A DNA stretch of 11,450 nucleotides from a virus: IMG/VR virus record IMGVR_UViG_3300045988_163663; one strand, given 5' to 3'. The notes beneath the pieces are model-generated. The model ran no database searches. It was not told the DNA's origin and was given only the letters and a program-made list of their open reading frames with translations. The translations under genes and the position numbers were made by a program. Positions 8,962 to 11,450 of this stretch are shown here, in pieces (position 1 is the stretch's first letter; the number at the start of each line of letters is the position of its first letter).

Positions 8962-9856
8962 CAATGACCCCCGCACCTATTTTTCTACGATAAACAAATC
9001 TGTCGCTTAATACAGTAATGTATTTTGAAAAACCTATCTAAACACGGAAAATCCTTATTAAAGGATAACCGAGTGCTAAATTTCTACTTGCCTATATTTG
9101 CTCGATTTGGGAGGTAAATATATGGAAATCTGGAAAGATATAAAAGATTATGAAGGTTATTATTAGATTAGTTCTTACGGTCAAGTGAAAAGCCTTCTCA
9201 CTAACAAAATTTTAGTAGGTGATACAAATAGTTTAGGATATCGAAGAGTTACTTTGTATGCTCCTATTAAAAAACGTTTTTTTATTCATCGGCTTGTTGC
9301 TTTACATTTTTGTAAAGGTTATCAAGAAAATTTAATTGTAAATCATAAAGACGGAGATAAAACCAATAATAAAGTTGAAAATTTAGAGTGGGTTACTCGC
9401 TCTGAAAATGATTTACATGCCTACAAAAATAATTTAAGAAAATCTTATCCTTGTCAATTTAAACATAAAATTATCGCTTATAATTTAACAACTGGTGAAA
9501 TTGTTAAAATTTATAACAATGCTGATAGTTGTGCTAAAGATTTAAAAGTTGCTCGTACCAATATCTATAATTGTTGTAATAAAAAGCAAAAAAGTTGTAG
9601 AGGATTTGGATTAAGATATGATAAATAAAAAATAATAGTGTAAGTAGAATAAAAGCTAAACGACTATCGAAAATATAATAAAAGAGAAAAACTTTTATGA
9701 ATAAATGAGTAGAGTAGCTTCAAGTGAAGCGAAAAGATAGGATTCCTATAAAGGTTAAAACAATATAGGAATATGATATAGTCTGAACTTATATAGTAAT
9801 ATATAGCAGTTTTTTATAAACGATATAAGATTAACGACCTTATATGAACATATTTG
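8962..9856 (+). mobile_element. Group I self-splicing intron in nrdD carrying an HNH homing endonuclease gene (boundaries within about 30 nt).
   Basis: R-like element AAACGACTATCG (about 9657-9668) and S-like element GATATAGTCTGAAC (9775-9788) form P7. P9-like hairpin with GNRA loop ATATA-GTAA-TATAT (9791-9804). P4/P5-like ACACGG / ATCCTT-ATTA-AAGGAT / CCGAGT at 9042-9076. Splicing ...GAC AT(8961)|G(9857) GGA TGC AGA creates the M-G-C-R-T motif (T4 PMGC290RS thiyl-radical Cys). The last exon nucleotide is U and the last intron nucleotide is G. Confidence 0.75.
9122..9628 (+). CDS. Intron-encoded NUMOD4 + HNH homing endonuclease, 168 aa with one in-frame TAG.
   Basis: GGGAGG SD 8 nt upstream of ATG 9122. 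MEIWKDIKDYEGYY-Q-ISSYGQVKS is the NUMOD4 signature (TAG at 9164). HNH motif HRLVALHFCKG...VNHKDGDKTNNKVENLEWVTRSEN. Ends at TAA 9626-9628. Confidence 0.85.
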
Positions 9857-10838
9857 GGGATGCAGAACAGCCAATGGATACGATATTAACGGTTTTGGTT
9901 AGCTAAAAGATGGCCGTGGTAATATTTGTCCAGTAACTATTATTCTTCCTACTTTAGCTATGATTGCTAAAAAAGAATGTGAAGAAGAAGGGCAAGAAGA
10001 AGATATTATTCCAGTATTTATGGCTTTATTAAATAGAAAAATTAATGAAGCTCGCATTCAATTAATGGAGCGTTTTGATTGGATTTGCTCTCAAGATCCT
10101 AAGTCTGCTAAATTTATGTATGAAAATAATTTAATGGCTGGCTATATTCCAGAAGAAGGAATTAGAAGTGCCCTTAAGCATGGCACATTAGCCATTGGAC
10201 AAATTGGTTTAGCAGAAACTCTTTAGATTCTTATTGGTAAAGACCATACAACTAAAGAAGGTATGGAATTAGCGAAACGAATTGAACAAATGTTTAAAGA
10301 TTACTGTGCAAAAGCAAAAGAACAATTTAAACTTAATTTTGGAGTTTATTACACTCCTGCTGAAAATTTATGCTATACGGCAATGACTAAATTCAAAGAG
10401 AAATATGGTATTATCCCTAATGTGTCTGACAAAGAATTCTTCACTAACAGTATTCATGTTCCCGTTTGGAAAAAAATGTCATCTTTTGATAAGATTGACA
10501 TTGAGAGCCAATTGACTGGTTATTCTTCTGCTGGATGTATCACATATGTAGAGTTAGATTCTACTGTAAAACACAATATTGATGCTCTTGAACAAATTGT
10601 TAATTATGCTATGGATAAGGATATTCCTTATTTCGCAGTAAATGTGCCTAATGATACTTGTCTTGATTGTGGATATTGTGATGAATTTAATGATAAATGC
10701 CCAGAATGCGGTAGTACTAACATTCAACAATTACGTCGTGTAACTGGTTATTTAACTGGTAATTATAAGACTGCTTTTAATTATGGCAAACAAAAAGAAG
10801 TAGAAGCACGAGTAAAGCATACGGGGTAGATGGAATGA
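9857..10838 (+). CDS. nrdD: NrdD exon 2: catalytic Cys loop, C-terminal Zn-ribbon and glycyl-radical domain. TAGs at 9900 and 10224. The stop is TGA 10836-10838, or TAG 10827-10829 if that TAG terminates.
   Basis: (M)GCRTANGYDINGFG-Q-LKDGRGNICPVTIILPTLA is collinear with T4 MGCRSFL...DGRNNLGVVTLNLPRIA. YYTPAENLCYTAMTKFKEKYG is collinear with YSTPAENLCYRFCKLDTEKYG. Four-Cys ribbon CLDCGYC...CPECGS. Glycyl-radical region RRVTGYLTG...EARVKH is collinear with RRTCGYLG...HRVKHQ. Confidence 0.85.
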
Positions 10839-11182
10839 TACGTTCAATTTATGACTTAGCTAATTATTTTAATTAGGAAGAAGGAAGAAAATATCCTTGT
10901 TCTAATTAGATAGTAATATGTGCTTATATAACAAATAACTCACAAGAAGTTTATGATTATTTGAATAAAAATAATATTACACCAATCAGAATATCAAAAA
11001 CTTATATAGAATGGCAAGAAAATAATGAACAATGGATATGGACTCCAATAAAACATAACGTTAGAGGGTATAGATTTAATAAGGTAAAAATATCTAAAAA
11101 TTATGATAATGAAGAAATGTTAGAACAAGTAATTATACCTTGCTGTGATTTATATTGTTGTTCTTGGGAGGTTATAGAATGA
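10835..11182 (+). CDS. Hypothetical protein of 115 aa under TAG=Gln (2 in-frame TAGs). The standard-code version is 10961..11182, 73 aa with a TTG start.
   Basis: ATG 10835 overlaps the nrdD TGA (ATGA). Translation: MIRSIYDLANYFN-Q-EEGRKYPCSN-Q-IVICAYITNNSQEVYDYLNKNNITPIRISK...CCDLYCCSWEVIE. The stop TGA 11180-11182 overlaps the nrdG ATG (ATGA). Confidence 0.4.
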
Positions 11183-11450
11183 AATATGCAGGAATTATAA
11201 AAAATGATATTGCCGCAGCTCCGGGAGTATGTGTTTCATTTTTTACGCAAGGGTGCCCACATCATTGTCCAGGATGCCACAATCCTGAAACTTGGGATTT
11301 TGAGAAAGGTAAAGAATTTACTAATGATACTTTTGGAGAAATATTCCAAGCTCTTCAAGCTAATGGTATTCATAGAAATTTTTGTATAATGGGCGGCGAG
11401 CCATTATGCGAACAAAATCAATTACTTACTCTACTTCTTATTAATACAAT
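11179..11450 (+). CDS. nrdG: Anaerobic RNR activating enzyme NrdG (radical SAM), 5' part; it continues beyond the window.
   Basis: MKYAGIIKNDIAAAPGVCVSFFTQGCPHHCPGCHNPETWDF...IMGGEPL is collinear with T4 NrdG ...VVLFVTGCLHKCEGCYNRSTWN...TGGDPL, with a CxxxCxxC cluster. The frame is open to the window end, which is why it is absent from the stop-bounded ORF track. Confidence 0.85.
   Translation, partial: MKYAGIIKNDIAAAPGVCVSFFTQGCPHHCPGCHNPETWDFEKGKEFTNDTFGEIFQALQANGIHRNFCIMGGEPLCEQNQLLTLLLINT

Noticed and set aside
8951-9892. Near-duplicate GGATATGACAT / GGATACGATAT (both encoding G-Y-D-I) at the end of exon 1 and 20 nt into exon 2, considered as a duplicated exon fragment or homing-site footprint.
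   Set aside because: Only 9/11 identical within exons, and similarity falls to chance beyond the proposed splice site. It is compatible with a short internal peptide repeat or coincidence. Not enough to support a rearrangement.
11204-11389. + strand ORF of 61 aa.
   Set aside because: It overlaps nrdG in a different frame. The nrdG frame has a clear radical-SAM CxxxCxxC homology and is open to the window end.
1-11450. TGA read as Trp (code 4, Mollicutes-like) as an alternative explanation for the split genes.
   Set aside because: dnaE has no in-frame TGA in 1326 codons and uses TGG for Trp. TGA closes several ORFs cleanly (383, 777, 7051, 10838, 11182). All the observed gene breaks are at TAG, not TGA.

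Overview
This is an AT-rich window with every supported gene on the + strand; it looks like a phage replication and nucleotide-metabolism module. Three points stand out.

- **Alternative genetic code.** The window only makes sense if TAG is read as a sense codon, almost certainly Gln (code-15-like). In-frame TAGs sit at conserved Gln/polar positions: helicase motif III GDPF-Q-LPPV, the NUMOD4 motif YEGYY-Q-ISSYG, and several positions in NrdD.
- **Uneven TAG distribution.** The 1326-aa DnaE and the kinase contain no in-frame TAG. The helicase, NrdD, the HNH gene and three small ORFs contain roughly 2 to 6 each.
- **Interrupted nrdD.** The nrdD gene is split by a group I intron of roughly 0.9 kb that carries a NUMOD4-HNH homing endonuclease.

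Content from 5' to 3':
- the 3' end of a tail-lysozyme-like gene;
- a hypothetical ORF;
- an SF1B Dda/RecD-like helicase with 5 in-frame TAGs and an apparent frameshift at the Walker A motif;
- a 199-aa hypothetical protein;
- a 63-aa Q/N-rich ORF visible only under TAG=Q;
- a strong sigma70-type promoter with a TTG-initiated DnaE (Pol III alpha, PHP N-terminus);
- an 87-aa ORF visible only under TAG=Q;
- a guanylate-kinase-like gene;
- a pair of NrdR-box-like palindromes forming a perfect 17-bp inverted repeat immediately upstream of nrdD;
- nrdD exon 1, the intron with its HNH gene, and nrdD exon 2;
- a 115-aa hypothetical ORF;
- the 5' part of nrdG (radical-SAM activase), which runs off the window.

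No rRNA, tRNA or CRISPR was seen.
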